DNA of 62,229 bases, filler included, from Aduncisulcus paluster (GCA_024181965.1; 6 parts of 6 records of this genome joined end to end with filler, not necessarily neighbours in it); one strand, 5' to 3'; numbered from the whole stretch's first letter, positions 35,156-47,073 are shown. Made by a program: numbers and translations. The notes: generated by a model not told the origin, from the letters alone.

Positions 35156-37159
35156 TTAGATGATTGAGCAAGAAGACTCATTTAGGACTCCTTCGTATAG
35201 ATTATACACGATTGGGGCTGCAACATCAACATTTAATAGGGGTGAACCTCTAAAAAGAGTCGTGGGTTGAAATCCATACGTTTCATTTGGAAGAATTTGT
35301 AAGGGGGCAGAATCACCAGATCGCTTAACGAGTAACATTTTAGCGCATAAACGCAACTGGCCTGTATCGAATCCATCATGACGATCGAGCAAAGGATGGT
35401 ATGAGCTTTGAAGTATTTTGAAAGGGACTTTTCTAATTCCAACGATTCGAGCAACCCAAGAAACGACCTGACTTATTCCCGAATACCAATTTCTGGTGGC
35501 TTCTCTGATGTGGAGAGGCTGTTGCATGCGAAGACTGCTCGTTGGCCCATTGAATTTATATTTAACGACACCAGTCACACACACACACATTTTAGAATGG
35601 TGGAAATACACATGAGCGACGTGCAAAGGTCCAGATGGTATGACTACCTCATCATCTTCGGAATTTGGTTTAATCCATGTATAAATCTCACTTGAAATGG
35701 AGGTATCAACCTTGGATCGAGGAATATCTTCACATTTCACGACAATTCCCACTCCCTTGCGAATCAAGTCAAGAATGCCGGAAGAAGAAATTCCCGATGA
35801 ATGTGGAGATATTATATCGGTTTGGGTGGATGAACATGAACAGGCTCGAAACGGATTGGATGAGGTTGTGATACCATCATGAGGATCAACTGAAGGATGG
35901 AAAGAACATCTTGTACTTGCACAAATTGACACAGTGGGACCACATGTGATGACATCACCAATGGATATTGAAGACACGGGAACATCAAAGCTCACAGTTG
36001 ATGCAGATGGTGATGTGGAACGGATAAGAGGGACAGGGGCTGAACTTGAGACTATTTCTGAGATTGTGGGCAACAGGGTGGAGAGAGGAGGCAAGGTGGC
36101 TCCGACAGGTGCAGAGGATGGAAGACTACCGGTAAAGAGACTTGGATGGACAGCAACAGCAGAGGCAAATGGATTAAGCGATGGAACAGACGATGAAGGA
36201 GGATCTGACGGAGGATGGAGGAGAACTCTTCCGGTTGAGCTGGCCCCTGTAACCCGAGTAGAATGAACAGAATCCCGTATACTTTGATGGGTAGAAGGAA
36301 TGCGATAGAGATCGGAGCTTGAAGAAGGAGAAGAAACATCGGATTCGGACCGTGAGTCAGAAGAAGAAGAATCCCTGGAAAGGAAAGAATGAAGCAAATC
36401 AAGCAGATTGGACCGTACATCTTCGCTAGCACGATTACGAGAACCACTGAATATACTTGAAAATTCGGTGAAGAAAGATGATAATGTTTCCACTTCGGAA
36501 AAAATCCTATCTCTCCCTGATCCGGAAGGTCGTTGAGCTGTCATATCCAAGGGTTCGTCAGTGACAATAAAGGGGATAGATGATGATGATTCAGTTGAAG
36601 TTGAATCCTCCTCACTTTCTTTTGAAGACTCTTCTTTTACATCGACTATTTGAGAATCTGAACTATCTTCATCATTCGAGGAGATGGTGTAAAGTCCTCC
36701 TCCACCATCATCAGGGAAGCTATCAGACTCTTTCTCGAGGATATAAACTTGTTTAATGGGTTCTTTTGGGACTTTTGCATCCTTTTTAGCATCGATTCTT
36801 TCAAGTCGCTGTTTTTCAATGGCAGTAACATGTTTATGCTTTTTTATCTGTGAAATGGTTCCAACAAAGACACATTTTTCATCAGAACACTCAAAGGTAG
36901 CTTGTTTTAATATCGAAAGGGTTAAGAAATCACAACTAAATGGAATAGAGGGTGTACTAAGGTCCATTTTACAAGTGGGGCATATTCTTGTGCTCTTCAA
37001 CCAGGGAACAATACATGATTGATGAAATATGTGTCCACATGGTAATCTAACTGGATCTGGATAGCTTAAATTCAAACAAATGTTACACTGTAATGGCTGG
37101 AGGAGTGATTCTTGTGAAGTGGGGTTAACTTGGTCAAGTGAAACATCAATAGGGGGCAT
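35156..37159 (-). CDS. RING-finger E3 ligase-like protein with Ser-rich linker
   Basis: CNIC...LPCGHIFHQSC...W...CPTC RING followed by a C-x4-C...H zinc finger. Confidence 0.85.
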   Translation of the reverse strand: MPPIDVSLDQVNPTSQESLLQPLQCNICLNLSYPDPVRLPCGHIFHQSCIVPWLKSTRICPTCKMDLSTPSIPFSCDFLTLSILKQATFECSDEKCVFVGTISQIKKHKHVTAIEKQRLERIDAKKDAKVPKEPIKQVYILEKESDSFPDDGGGGLYTISSNDEDSSDSQIVDVKEESSKESEEDSTSTESSSSIPFIVTDEPLDMTAQRPSGSGRDRIFSEVETLSSFFTEFSSIFSGSRNRASEDVRSNLLDLLHSFLSRDSSSSDSRSESDVSSPSSSSDLYRIPSTHQSIRDSVHSTRVTGASSTGRVLLHPPSDPPSSSVPSLNPFASAVAVHPSLFTGSLPSSAPVGATLPPLSTLLPTISEIVSSSAPVPLIRSTSPSASTVSFDVPVSSISIGDVITCGPTVSICASTRCSFHPSVDPHDGITTSSNPFRACSCSSTQTDIISPHSSGISSSGILDLIRKGVGIVVKCEDIPRSKVDTSISSEIYTWIKPNSEDDEVVIPSGPLHVAHVYFHHSKMCVCVTGVVKYKFNGPTSSLRMQQPLHIREATRNWYSGISQVVSWVARIVGIRKVPFKILQSSYHPLLDRHDGFDTGQLRLCAKMLLVKRSGDSAPLQILPNETYGFQPTTLFRGSPLLNVDVAAPIVYNLYEGVLNESSCSII

Positions 37160-38215
37160 ATATCATAAATTGGTTATAAAAATGTTATTTTTTACAGTAT
37201 ATCAATTAAGTTGTGGGATCAAAACCGTGTAAAGGTCATAATTGCTCACAAAGATCCCTCTTTCACATAAACTCACAATTAAGTTCCACTATATTTATTT
37301 CAAAGATAATTAAATTTAAAATGTTCGTTCAAAATGATTGGATTTTGGCAAAATGAATGAAAAAAATAGCCGAAAGACTCCTGGTCCGGCTCGGATGTGC
37401 ATTATGTCGCAGAGAGCTGTGCTGTCTCAAGGATTATGAAATGAAGACTTTGGAAACTGATCCCAGGCCGCCTGTATGACGTGTCTGGAGACCTCTGTGT
37501 TAAACCAAAAACTGAAGTTTTTCTGAAAGAAAAATTTATATAGCAAAATATTACTTATCAAAAGGAAGTCTTTGTTTATTTCTTTTCGCACAAAGCAGAG
37601 TTTGCCGTCATATTAATATAAATAAAATATCATGGCGAAATCGGATTGGNNNNNNNNNNNNNNNNNNNNTTTGGCAAAATGAATGAAAAAAATAGCCGAA
37701 AGACTCCTGGTCCGGCTCGGATGTGCATTATGTCGCAGAGAGCTGTGCTGTCTCAAGGATTATGAAATGAAGACTTTGGAAACTGATCCCAGGCCGCCTG
37801 TATGACGTGTCTGGAGATCTCTGTTTTAAACCAAAAACTGAAGTTTTTCTGAAAGAAAAATTTATATAGCAAAATATTACTTATCAAAAGGAAGTCTTTG
37901 TTTATTTCTTTTCGCACAAAGCAGAGTTTGCCGTCATATTAATATAAATAAAATATCATGGCGAAATCGGATTGGCATTATTAGAAAACAATAATAAATA
38001 AAGAAAAATTTAAAAAAAAATTAACATATATAGAGATTAAATTTTACGTTGAAATATGTCAGATCACTATTTTCTTTCAAGCCTTATGTTTGAAGCTCAT
38101 TGAGCAAGATTTGGAAACATTCGCTTTTCCTTATACTATATTTTTCACAATTTTTTTGGTGGAATTGACTTTTTTTGAATCCGAACCATTTATTTCTTCC
38201 AATATTATATCTTCT

Positions 38216-39550
38216 ATGCCCAGCGATGAAATTGACTCTATTGATGAATGTATGGATCTTTTAAATGGAAGATGCTTATCAACGATGAGTTCTTCCGATA
38301 ATTTTCATTCTTCTAGAGATGCTCCAGCCTCTGGTCATATCCGTCCAATCACATTTCGGGAGGCCTCCATGCGAGGTCTCTCTCATTCAAAACCTCTTTC
38401 ACCATTTCTACAACCTTCAGTTCGTGTTGAAAAGGGAGTTTCCAAGTCGAAAAAAGGAAGACGTTCATCACTTGCTTCATCTCGCATTACCTCTATTGTC
38501 TTCCCGACTGATTCTTCCCCTTCCACGTCTCCGAGGCCCTCTGCTATTCATACAGAACTTGATCTTTCAACCGCCGGCTCCTCAAGTTCGGGTGAACACT
38601 TCATCTGCCACCCTCGTACCCTATCTGTTGCAACCAGAGAACAGCAAGCCAAAGAAACCCAAGCTGCTGGTGGTGTGTTGGAAAGTGTTTCCTCTGAGAG
38701 AAGCTTATCTCGGCATTCATCAATGCCTCACCTTCCTATCCGCTCTTCAGAAGAAAACTGTGGATGCTTACCTTCTTCCTGTTTGTCCAGCCAAATAGGG
38801 AGGGGAGAAGCAGTGTCTGGTCCAATTAAATGGGAATCTGAGGAATGGGAGGACCTTTTGAGAGAAGTAGATGAAGTGTCAGACGAAAATGACATTGGGA
38901 AACCCTGCGAATGTACCACAGCCCCTGAGATACGTATTCCTTCCTCTTCTATAAAATCCAATGGTAAAAATGACTTTAAATGCGACTCTAAGTGCGAATG
39001 TAAATGCGACTGTAAAATGGCGTTGGATGGATGTGCTCATAAGGTCCATTTTGGTACTGTTCACTCTGTTCAGGATAAACCCTCCGGTTTGTCTGATTCT
39101 AAAGCTCCTAAAACAGGTTCTGAGGCCTCCATTAGCTCTGTTACCTCTGTTCCTGTCAAATCTCTCGATACTGTCAAATCTCTCGATACTGTCAAATCTC
39201 TTGATACTGTTTCTCTTCCGACTTCTTCTGCTTCTGTAATCCCTCCCTTGTTTTCTGTCTGCTCCCTTGATCTCTCTACCCCTCTCTCCAGCTTTGACAC
39301 TGATCATTCACTTCGGTCTGCCTTGTCTTCCTCGTGCCGGAGTTGTAGTTTCTCCACTGTGAGTCCTCGTGGCATTTATGAGACACCTAGAGATATTCAC
39401 GAGTCAATGATTACTCCTCGGGGTCCTTCTGTGCCATTTATGGTTATATCCGATGTTTCCCTGGATAAATATCCATCAGAAGCCTCTTGTAATGATATCA
39501 TTTCTGATGATGTCATTGAAAGTGAAAAGAATAGCTTCAGAAATGAATGA
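38216..39550 (+). CDS. Ser-rich low-complexity hypothetical protein
   Basis: Long ORF with first ATG at 38216. Confidence 0.7.
   Translation: MPSDEIDSIDECMDLLNGRCLSTMSSSDNFHSSRDAPASGHIRPITFREASMRGLSHSKPLSPFLQPSVRVEKGVSKSKKGRRSSLASSRITSIVFPTDSSPSTSPRPSAIHTELDLSTAGSSSSGEHFICHPRTLSVATREQQAKETQAAGGVLESVSSERSLSRHSSMPHLPIRSSEENCGCLPSSCLSSQIGRGEAVSGPIKWESEEWEDLLREVDEVSDENDIGKPCECTTAPEIRIPSSSIKSNGKNDFKCDSKCECKCDCKMALDGCAHKVHFGTVHSVQDKPSGLSDSKAPKTGSEASISSVTSVPVKSLDTVKSLDTVKSLDTVSLPTSSASVIPPLFSVCSLDLSTPLSSFDTDHSLRSALSSSCRSCSFSTVSPRGIYETPRDIHESMITPRGPSVPFMVISDVSLDKYPSEASCNDIISDDVIESEKNSFRNE
39153..39210 (+). repeat. 18-bp coding tandem repeat x3 (VKSLDT)
   Basis: ctgtcaaatctct(c/t)gata occurs three times. 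Confidence 0.9.
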
Positions 39551-40179
39551 ATTTGTTTTTAATATTTTATTTTTATATTTAGTATTTTAAAATGTCTCCG
39601 TGGTCTTTTTTTTTGTTGCTTTTATGATTTATATATTTTCCATTTTGTTAATGGCTCTCTTTCTTTCCAATATTTATATCGTGACTAATAATAGTCTATT
39701 CTTGGCTTTCTCTTGAAACATTTCAAGATCATTGTGCGTTCTCCTTTTCTCTCTCTATTTCGTCCCTTCTTGGACGTATCAATTGGCTTATTTTCCACAC
39801 ATAATTTTACCATATATTTAGTATGGGTCTGCATATTTTTATTTTTATTTTTTTCTATATTGGTTGTTTGATAATATTTCCTTTGGGTTTGCTAATGTTC
39901 TGATTTATTGCTGTTTGGTTTACACTTGTTATATCCCCATTATGATATTTTTATAGCCCAAAGCTTGATTCCTATTGAATATTTACTCTTTCTGTTGTTG
40001 GCCCCATAAAGCCTGTATTGTTTTTGTTCTGATTTATCCTGGCCTGCAAACATTGATGGATTCTAGTGCGTTTTGATANNNNNNNNNNNNNNNNNNNNNN
40101 NNNNNNNNNNNNNNNNNNNNNNTTAATTAATTAANNNNNNNNNNNNNNNNNNNNNNNNNNNNNNNNNNNNNNNNNNNNA

Positions 40180-41322
40180 TCGCAATCATCTCAATCACCT
40201 CCAGTTAGATATCCTCCTCAAGCCCTTTCGAATAGTACAAGAAACCCCATTCCTTTGTCCTATCCTTCTGGATTGAAACACCAACGACCTTCTTCTTTCT
40301 CACCTTATTCAAAAAATAGATATAATACAACTACTGGACCCATAGGTATTGATTCTTATCAAAGACAAGGGCGGCTAAGTCAGTATCCTTATGAGAGTTC
40401 CCAACAACAGTATCATGAACCCTCCATAATAGACATTGAGAAACAGCACATATCTCAACCGATTGTTCATTCTCACCCCATCGAACAGGATCCTCCTCCT
40501 CAAGCTTTCCTTAAGTCAGTTGATAGAATGCCTCGTGACTCTCTTTCCAAGAACTCTTCACTTGTTAGCACCAATATGACAACAACCTTTAATTCACTTC
40601 CAACACGCCAAGAGTCCCCCACTATTCCAAATAATCCTCCACAATTTGGACAAATCCCCTCTCAAGATACAACTCAAACACTCACCCTCTCTTCCCGACA
40701 AGATCCTTCTGGAATCAGTGGGAAAAGCTCTGATGAAATTGTGTATGTTCAATGGGGTGGAATGGAAAAAGAGGAAACTGTTGAGAAAATGATGAGTGAA
40801 ACTCATGGAGGTATGTCTGTTCTTGATGTTGGAAAAGAACCTCAACTTGATTCCTCTATTCCTAACCAAGAATCCAAGCCATCTTTAAGCGTTTCATTCT
40901 CCCCTATCCAACTCGAGAGCAGAAACAAGTCTTCTGACACCACTTCTAATGATCCGTCTGATGGGTTTCCTGTTGAAGAAGATTATCCATTCATTAGTCC
41001 GCCTTCCTCTCCTTCCTTGGATACTTTTGATACATCCCTTCTTTCTCACAATTCTAAAAATATATTATCTGATGTTAAAGAAGTCGTCAATATGTTAATT
41101 GAAACCGTTGTAGTTGGCGAACAAGTGAAGAAGAATGAGGAAGGAAAGAGTATCATTGGTTTTGATCCTAATCCAATTGTCTCGGAGGAATTTAAAAAAG
41201 AAGATGCTGATGGACAGATCGGTTCAACTCAACCTATTATTGAAGATGAGGAGGATGAAGAAGCGAGGGATCCAAACCAACAACAGCCAGATATTCCTCA
41301 AGAACAGGGCGAAGAAGATTAA
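40180..41322 (+). CDS. Low-complexity hypothetical protein, 5'-partial
   Basis: Frame open from the contig start, S/P/Q/E-rich. Confidence 0.65.
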   Translation, partial: SQSSQSPPVRYPPQALSNSTRNPIPLSYPSGLKHQRPSSFSPYSKNRYNTTTGPIGIDSYQRQGRLSQYPYESSQQQYHEPSIIDIEKQHISQPIVHSHPIEQDPPPQAFLKSVDRMPRDSLSKNSSLVSTNMTTTFNSLPTRQESPTIPNNPPQFGQIPSQDTTQTLTLSSRQDPSGISGKSSDEIVYVQWGGMEKEETVEKMMSETHGGMSVLDVGKEPQLDSSIPNQESKPSLSVSFSPIQLESRNKSSDTTSNDPSDGFPVEEDYPFISPPSSPSLDTFDTSLLSHNSKNILSDVKEVVNMLIETVVVGEQVKKNEEGKSIIGFDPNPIVSEEFKKEDADGQIGSTQPIIEDEEDEEARDPNQQQPDIPQEQGEED

Positions 41323-41711
41323 TAATTAGTCTAAATTAGACTGTAGTCTAATAATAATCAAATATATTATTATTATTTCAAATAATTTATTTGATTGATA
41401 AACATGATCGGTGTTGTCTATGAAAACTTATTACTTATTTATTTTATTCAATATTGAATATTGAATATTCGAAATTCCAATGGTTTGTTTGAAAACGGTT
41501 GAAAAATTTATTATTTATAATCTGTTTTAAAATTTACTAATGTATGCACAATGTCATGACAACTTCTTACAACTAGAAAGGAGATTTTCTAGGGAAAGCC
41601 AGGCTCCAATTCCCTACAAAGGAAATCCGTATTGTTCACCAATTCCCCTCGAAGCCCCCAATGTTATCGGCACAGGGTTTCCAACTATCAAAGCTAAATA
41701 ATTGATTGATC

Positions 41712-43962
41712 TCATTTGTATTTTCTAATCATCATTTGAATGTTCATTGTTGCAATTTCTCGGATTAAGTCGTAATTAAAAATTGGATCCTTTTTCTTTT
41801 CAGCTGATTCATCAACCTTTGGAGGTCCATCCTTTGTTTCGAAGAAGAACATGAGAAGAACAATGATATATTTGAATTTTGAGGCGAGATTATGGAGAAA
41901 AGTTGGTTGATTTATAAAGGATTGCTCATGTCTGACCAGAGAAGAGCAAATAATAAAACATATTTTCTCAAATTCCTGAATTAGCTCCCGACATTTTATC
42001 AGTTTTGGAGATTCCTTCATGGGATAGCAAGAACTGACAACCAATGATTTCCAATCCCCAGTTTCCTGGTTTTTGTTGAGTCCAGGAGGCATTCTAAACA
42101 GGATTCCGGCATCCGACGAGCCCTTCGTCCCTGCTACTCCTCTTTTCATCATAGCAACAATGAAACTCTTATATCTGCTCAAATCAGAGCTCAAAGAACT
42201 CGAAAATCTCACTCTAAGTGACGTATGAAGAAGATATGGTTGCTTTACACCAAGTTTTGCGAGGTATAATGGGTCTATGTGGGTTGATGCAAAGGAAATC
42301 ATTCGAACAAGACACTCGGTTTGTTGAATAATGGGCAATGATAAAAATTCCTCGATAAAATCGATTGCACCTTGTCTATGTAAAAATACCACACTAATAT
42401 CACGAATATGTTTCTTGCGAAGCTTTGAAACCAGTGGAGATTCAGCAAGTTGCTTCGTTGAAGCTTCAAATACACTCTTTTTCACAGTCGGATCCACGCC
42501 ACTCGAAGAGGACTCAACAAGTTTTACACTCTCTTGTGAAACTTGACTAGGATTCAGAGATTGTGTCAGAGAGTCTCTGCCATCATCTGCTATTTCCTTC
42601 AATAGTGTATCCCATTCACTCTCTTCACTTTTCTCATCCATTTTAATATCTTCTTTCAACTCTTGATGCTCTGTGTCTCCTTCCTTAGATTCCATGAGAC
42701 TAGAACAAATCCAAGAGGAATAGGAATGAGAAAGGATTGAGGAAACCAGATCCATCATGTCTTTGTTAAACTTGAGAATTGAAGGGTACTCTTCAATCAA
42801 AGGATCATAAAGAACAATGTGCTGACCAAATTGCTGAACGTGTCTTGTCCGTTTTCGTACCTCTTTTTGTCTTTCTTTTTCAAAAATATCTTCCTGTTCT
42901 TGTTTGAGTAATTTAGCAAATAACTTCTTATTTCTGTTTGCTGCAGAAGGGAGCAATCCTTTGCGAATCTTGACAACCACAGAAATTCGTGCCCGTTCAG
43001 CAACCTTCACTGAATCGACTCTGGAGAAAGAACGATAGAAAGCATCGCCAGAGATCGTTTCCCATCGAGAATCTTCTTGACGTTTGATATTAGTTATTGC
43101 GGAAAATAAAGTTTGACTATTTGTAACGAGGATTGAAATATCTTTGAGAGACTTTGCAAACTTCTTTTGATAGACATCACATAACTGAGATATATGTCGA
43201 TTCATTTGCTTTAATATATCCATAACACATGAATTGACAAATTGATACGGGATAGATTCTTGTTCTCCGATGTAATAGGAATCGGCTTCAACAAAAGATG
43301 ATAGATTTCCTGGGAGGTAAAAAGCGGCCGAAGCAAATTTTGATGATTTGAATCGATATAAAATATCAACTAGATGCAACGTGAAACATTTTGATGTGGA
43401 TTGCATCATATCACTAGCTTCTATTGATTGAACTTCCAGCTCAGTCACAACTTTTCCATCCTTATCCAGCATTAATGCATCCTGATCCTCTTCTCGTCCC
43501 TCAAAGGCTGGATTCTTATCATTTTTTTTCAATTTCCTGGAGGGATTCAGTAAAGGCCTTGAAGAAAATCTACGTTTTAATAGGGGAGGAGGAGAAGGGT
43601 TTGGTTTTGTTATAGGACTTTTCTTAACAAAAAATGAATCTAATTTACCCGAATATTTAACTTTTGATCCATTNNNNNNNNNNNNNNNNNNNNGCTTCTA
43701 TTGATTGAACTTCCAGCTCAGTCACAACTTTTCCATCCTTATCCAGCATTAATGCATCCTGATCCTCTTCTCGTCCCTCAAAGGCTGGATTCTTATCATT
43801 TTTTTTCAATTTCCTGGAGGGATTCAGTAAAGGCCTTGAAGAAAATCTACGTTTTAATAGGGGAGGAGGAGAAGGGTTTGGTTTTGTTATAGGACTTTTC
43901 TTAACAAAAAATGAATCTAATTTACCCGAATATTTAACTTTTGATCCATTTTGCTTTCCCAT
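41712..43962 (-). CDS. Hypothetical protein (start MGKQNGSK; split by artefactual duplication)
   Basis: 43417-43673 is duplicated at 43694-43950 around a 20-N gap. Collapsing it gives one ORF. Confidence 0.75.
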
Positions 43963-44194
43963 CTTAGCGGGAGATGAACAGAATAATATTTGTGTAAACT
44001 ACAGAAATAAGGAATCTTATATCAATAGAAACGAAGACACAATACCACTTAAAATTTAAATCAAGTGGAAAAAATTCCTAAAAATTCTTATACAGCTCAC
44101 AAACGCTGATTTCCAACCCTATCTTGGTTGGCATGGATTGCTGGAGTATTCAAGAAGCTATTAACATTTCATATTATTATTATTATTACAATTT

Positions 44195-44293
44195 GATGCC
44201 ACTGGCATCTTTTTGACATGATGTCAGCCTGACATATAATTCTGAGAATTATAATTTATTGGTGGTTGGTACTTGAAGACCAGTGGTCTTCAA
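44195..44293. promoter_or_regulatory. Array of five C/G-centred odd palindromes
   Basis: GATGCCA-C-TGGCATC, TGACAT-G-ATGTCA, ATGTCAG-C-CTGACAT, TATAATTCT-G-AGAATTATA and TTGAAGACCA-G-TGGTCTTCAA. Function is inferred only. Confidence 0.6.
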
Positions 44294-44713
44294 AAAATAG
44301 GATTAAAGAAAAAAAAGGATAGCCACGAAATACTTAATGGAGCAAAGAAAAAAGTGGTCTTGGTATAATAATAATTACAAATAGAGAAAAAACTGTTTTT
44401 TTTTTGGAGAAATAACGAGACAAAAACAAAAATAACTTAAAATAGTTTCTTAATGGTAGATAAAGTTGTTTGGCAAATTCCTAAAAAGAAAATAACACTT
44501 AAAAACATAAACCAAATTGATATAAATATCTAACATATCGATCGATATACTGTAGCTTAAAAACAAGGAATATCATGCCAAGGAAAATGGTAGCGCGGTA
44601 GAGTAAAAGAAACATATATAAATAAACATAGGAATGGGGACCATTAACAAAAGAAAAACACGAATAGGTTGGTTGTAATGAAATTACAAAAACAAAAGGA
44701 AAGAATGGTCCGG

Positions 44714-44745
<32 letters not shown>

Positions 44746-44779
44746 TATTAAAAAATAATCTTGTGGGGTTGTTGGTTGG

Positions 44780-46402
44780 TTATTTGTGCATAGAGAGTGA
44801 ACGTCGGTGGAAATGGTGTTTGTGGCCGTGTGAATCGGGGAAAGATTTGTATTTCGCTGTTAATTTGCTTGTCATAGCTTGGACCGTACGAGAAAGGCCT
44901 GTGCTACACTGTGGTTGTGTTGAAATGGCTCCGTGAGTCTCAGAGGTGGAACGAGAGTGAGAAGGAGACGTTGAATGAGGAGATCCGACCGATCTAGACT
45001 CTTTCCCTCCTCTCTCACTCTCCCTCTTTCTTGCTCTCTTGTCAACAACAAGAGAAACACTTGACGACGAGGAAGAAGAACAAGATGAAGTGACACCGAC
45101 ATGCCCAGGATCAGATCGGGAAGAGGTGAATGATTCGACAGTCAAATGTTGGCAAGACGAGGACGACTTGGGAAGAGAGTCATAGGAAATCGTTCTCTTA
45201 GCAAGAGCAAAGACAAAGGCTTTGTATTTAGAAATGGAATACTTTGTCTGGTCACACAAGGGGAGGATAACAGGGGAAGGAAGCAAAGGAACAGGAATTA
45301 ACGGCGAACTAACCGAATGGGATCCACTCTCACGGGTAAACGCGGCTAGGTATGGATGATGGAGGGCATCGAGAGCTGTCATACGGTGATCAGGACAGAA
45401 CAAGAGCAATCTAGCCAAGAAATCAATAGCATCGGGGGAAACAGCTGGCAGTAGGCGAGATAAGTTCTGAATAGTCAATTGAGACGGAGATGACCTCGAA
45501 AAACGAGCCATCAAGGATTCGGAAGACTCTATTTGAGGGAGCGTAGAGGAACGAGGGGATATAACAGGCGAAATCATCGCAGAAGAGGCAATAGAGGCAA
45601 AAATCGAGGTCAAATATCCATGGGAACAAGAAGATTTGATGTGAGAAATATCAGAAGAGGAAGGGCAACCAATAAATTTCATGATCCGAGTGAGCTGGTC
45701 CTTGCAATCTGAACCTGGGAATAAAGGACGACCCAATAGCATTTCGGCAAAGGTACAACCCAAAGACCACATATCTATGGCCTTTCCACACTTGGATGAA
45801 GCTACAAGCAACTCAGGAGGAGAGTACCAGCGAGTACCAGTACGGCATGGCATGCGGTGTTTAGATTTGGAATCAGCACGTCTATCCTTTCCAATGGACT
45901 GAGATAGACCAAAATCAGCCATCTTGGCAACACTCTTCTCATTGAGAAGGACATTGGCCGGTTTCACATCACAATGGATAACATCACCACTATGTATGTA
46001 GGCAAGAGAAGCAACAAGCTGGAACATGATATATTTTATGTGGATTGGCTGAAGAGCTTTTGATTTGATGGCAGATCTAAGATCAGAATTCATCAATTCA
46101 AAAACAAGGTAAACATCACAGTCATCATTATCGGCCTTAACAACATTCAAAAGTCTAACGATATTAAAATGTTTAAAAGATTTCAAGAAGTAAATCTCAC
46201 GAAAAACCTTCTGAGCTTCAGAAATACTTCCGGAGCCAAAAGCTTTGACTTTCTTAATAGCGACATATTTTTTCGTTCTTTTGTCAAAAGCTTTATATAC
46301 AATACCATAACTTCCTTTCCCAAGGGAATCACAAAACTTGTATCGAGAGAATACACTAACGTAAGTATCTTTAGTAGAATGGAGAGAGTTATGGCGAGCC
46401 AT
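44780..46402 (-). CDS. MAPK15/ERK7-like kinase lacking TxY and RD
   Basis: GKGSYGIV, VAIKK, AQKVFREI, ADNDDCDVYLVFE, HCDVKPAN, DFG and TRWYSPPE. Likely ATG at 46402. Confidence 0.85.
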   Translation of the reverse strand: MARHNSLHSTKDTYVSVFSRYKFCDSLGKGSYGIVYKAFDKRTKKYVAIKKVKAFGSGSISEAQKVFREIYFLKSFKHFNIVRLLNVVKADNDDCDVYLVFELMNSDLRSAIKSKALQPIHIKYIMFQLVASLAYIHSGDVIHCDVKPANVLLNEKSVAKMADFGLSQSIGKDRRADSKSKHRMPCRTGTRWYSPPELLVASSKCGKAIDMWSLGCTFAEMLLGRPLFPGSDCKDQLTRIMKFIGCPSSSDISHIKSSCSHGYLTSIFASIASSAMISPVISPRSSTLPQIESSESLMARFSRSSPSQLTIQNLSRLLPAVSPDAIDFLARLLLFCPDHRMTALDALHHPYLAAFTRESGSHSVSSPLIPVPLLPSPVILPLCDQTKYSISKYKAFVFALAKRTISYDSLPKSSSSCQHLTVESFTSSRSDPGHVGVTSSCSSSSSSSVSLVVDKRARKRESERGGKESRSVGSPHSTSPSHSRSTSETHGAISTQPQCSTGLSRTVQAMTSKLTAKYKSFPDSHGHKHHFHRRSLSMHK

Positions 46403-46734
46403 ATCAATTAAAAAAATAAATAAATAAAACAAATGAAAATTAGAATGATAGGCGGACAAAAATACACATTTTCTGATGAAGCGATCATTTCTCACACTGC
46501 CAAGTAATTCACTTTGTGAATCATATCACCGAGGGAGTCATCGAAATAAATAAAAACATATTTCTTCGGGAAATACTTTTAAAAAAATATTAATTTCCTC
46601 TTGAATAATGAGATTTCGCTTTGACTTGATTGGGATAAAACGGAAATACGACCGGCAACTGCCGGTACTAGGCAAAACTGACTACTGCCTTTACGGATGA
46701 CAATTCACGAGAATAAAATTTATTTTGGGTCCGC

Positions 46735-46971
46735 TCATGAAATAATAAGATAAGGTTTATCATGCTCTTCATCTTCATAATCGATAATTAATTGTTCAGT
46801 AACATGAACTAAAGTCGCGAAGAAGCTAAGAATTTCAGGCATTTCAAGTCCTCTTTGAGCCATTTTCTGGTGGATGAGATCATGATCGATTGGCTTATCA
46901 ATATCAAAGCCTTTGTCTTTATCTTTACAAAGAGCAACGTATATTTTCTTGATCGAGGCAAAACGTGGGGT
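46735..46971 (-). CDS. C-terminal fragment of an unknown protein (contig edge)
   Basis: 79 open codons from the linker, TPRFASIKK...DKPYLIIS*. Confidence 0.5.
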   Translation of the reverse strand, partial: TPRFASIKKIYVALCKDKDKGFDIDKPIDHDLIHQKMAQRGLEMPEILSFFATLVHVTEQLIIDYEDEEHDKPYLIIS

Positions 46972-47073
46972 NNNNNNNNNNNNNNNNNNNNNNNNNNNNN
47001 NNNNNNNNNNNNNNNTTAATTAATTAANNNNNNNNNNNNNNNNNNNNNNNNNNNNNNNNNNNNNNNNNNNNAG

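Noticed and set aside
39153-39210. Short repeat array as possible CRISPR
   Set aside because: Spacer-less, in-frame coding tandem repeat in a eukaryotic gene.
44714-44743. 30-nt poly(A) run
   Set aside because: U-rich 3' flank of the minus-strand kinase gene. No retro-insertion hallmarks.
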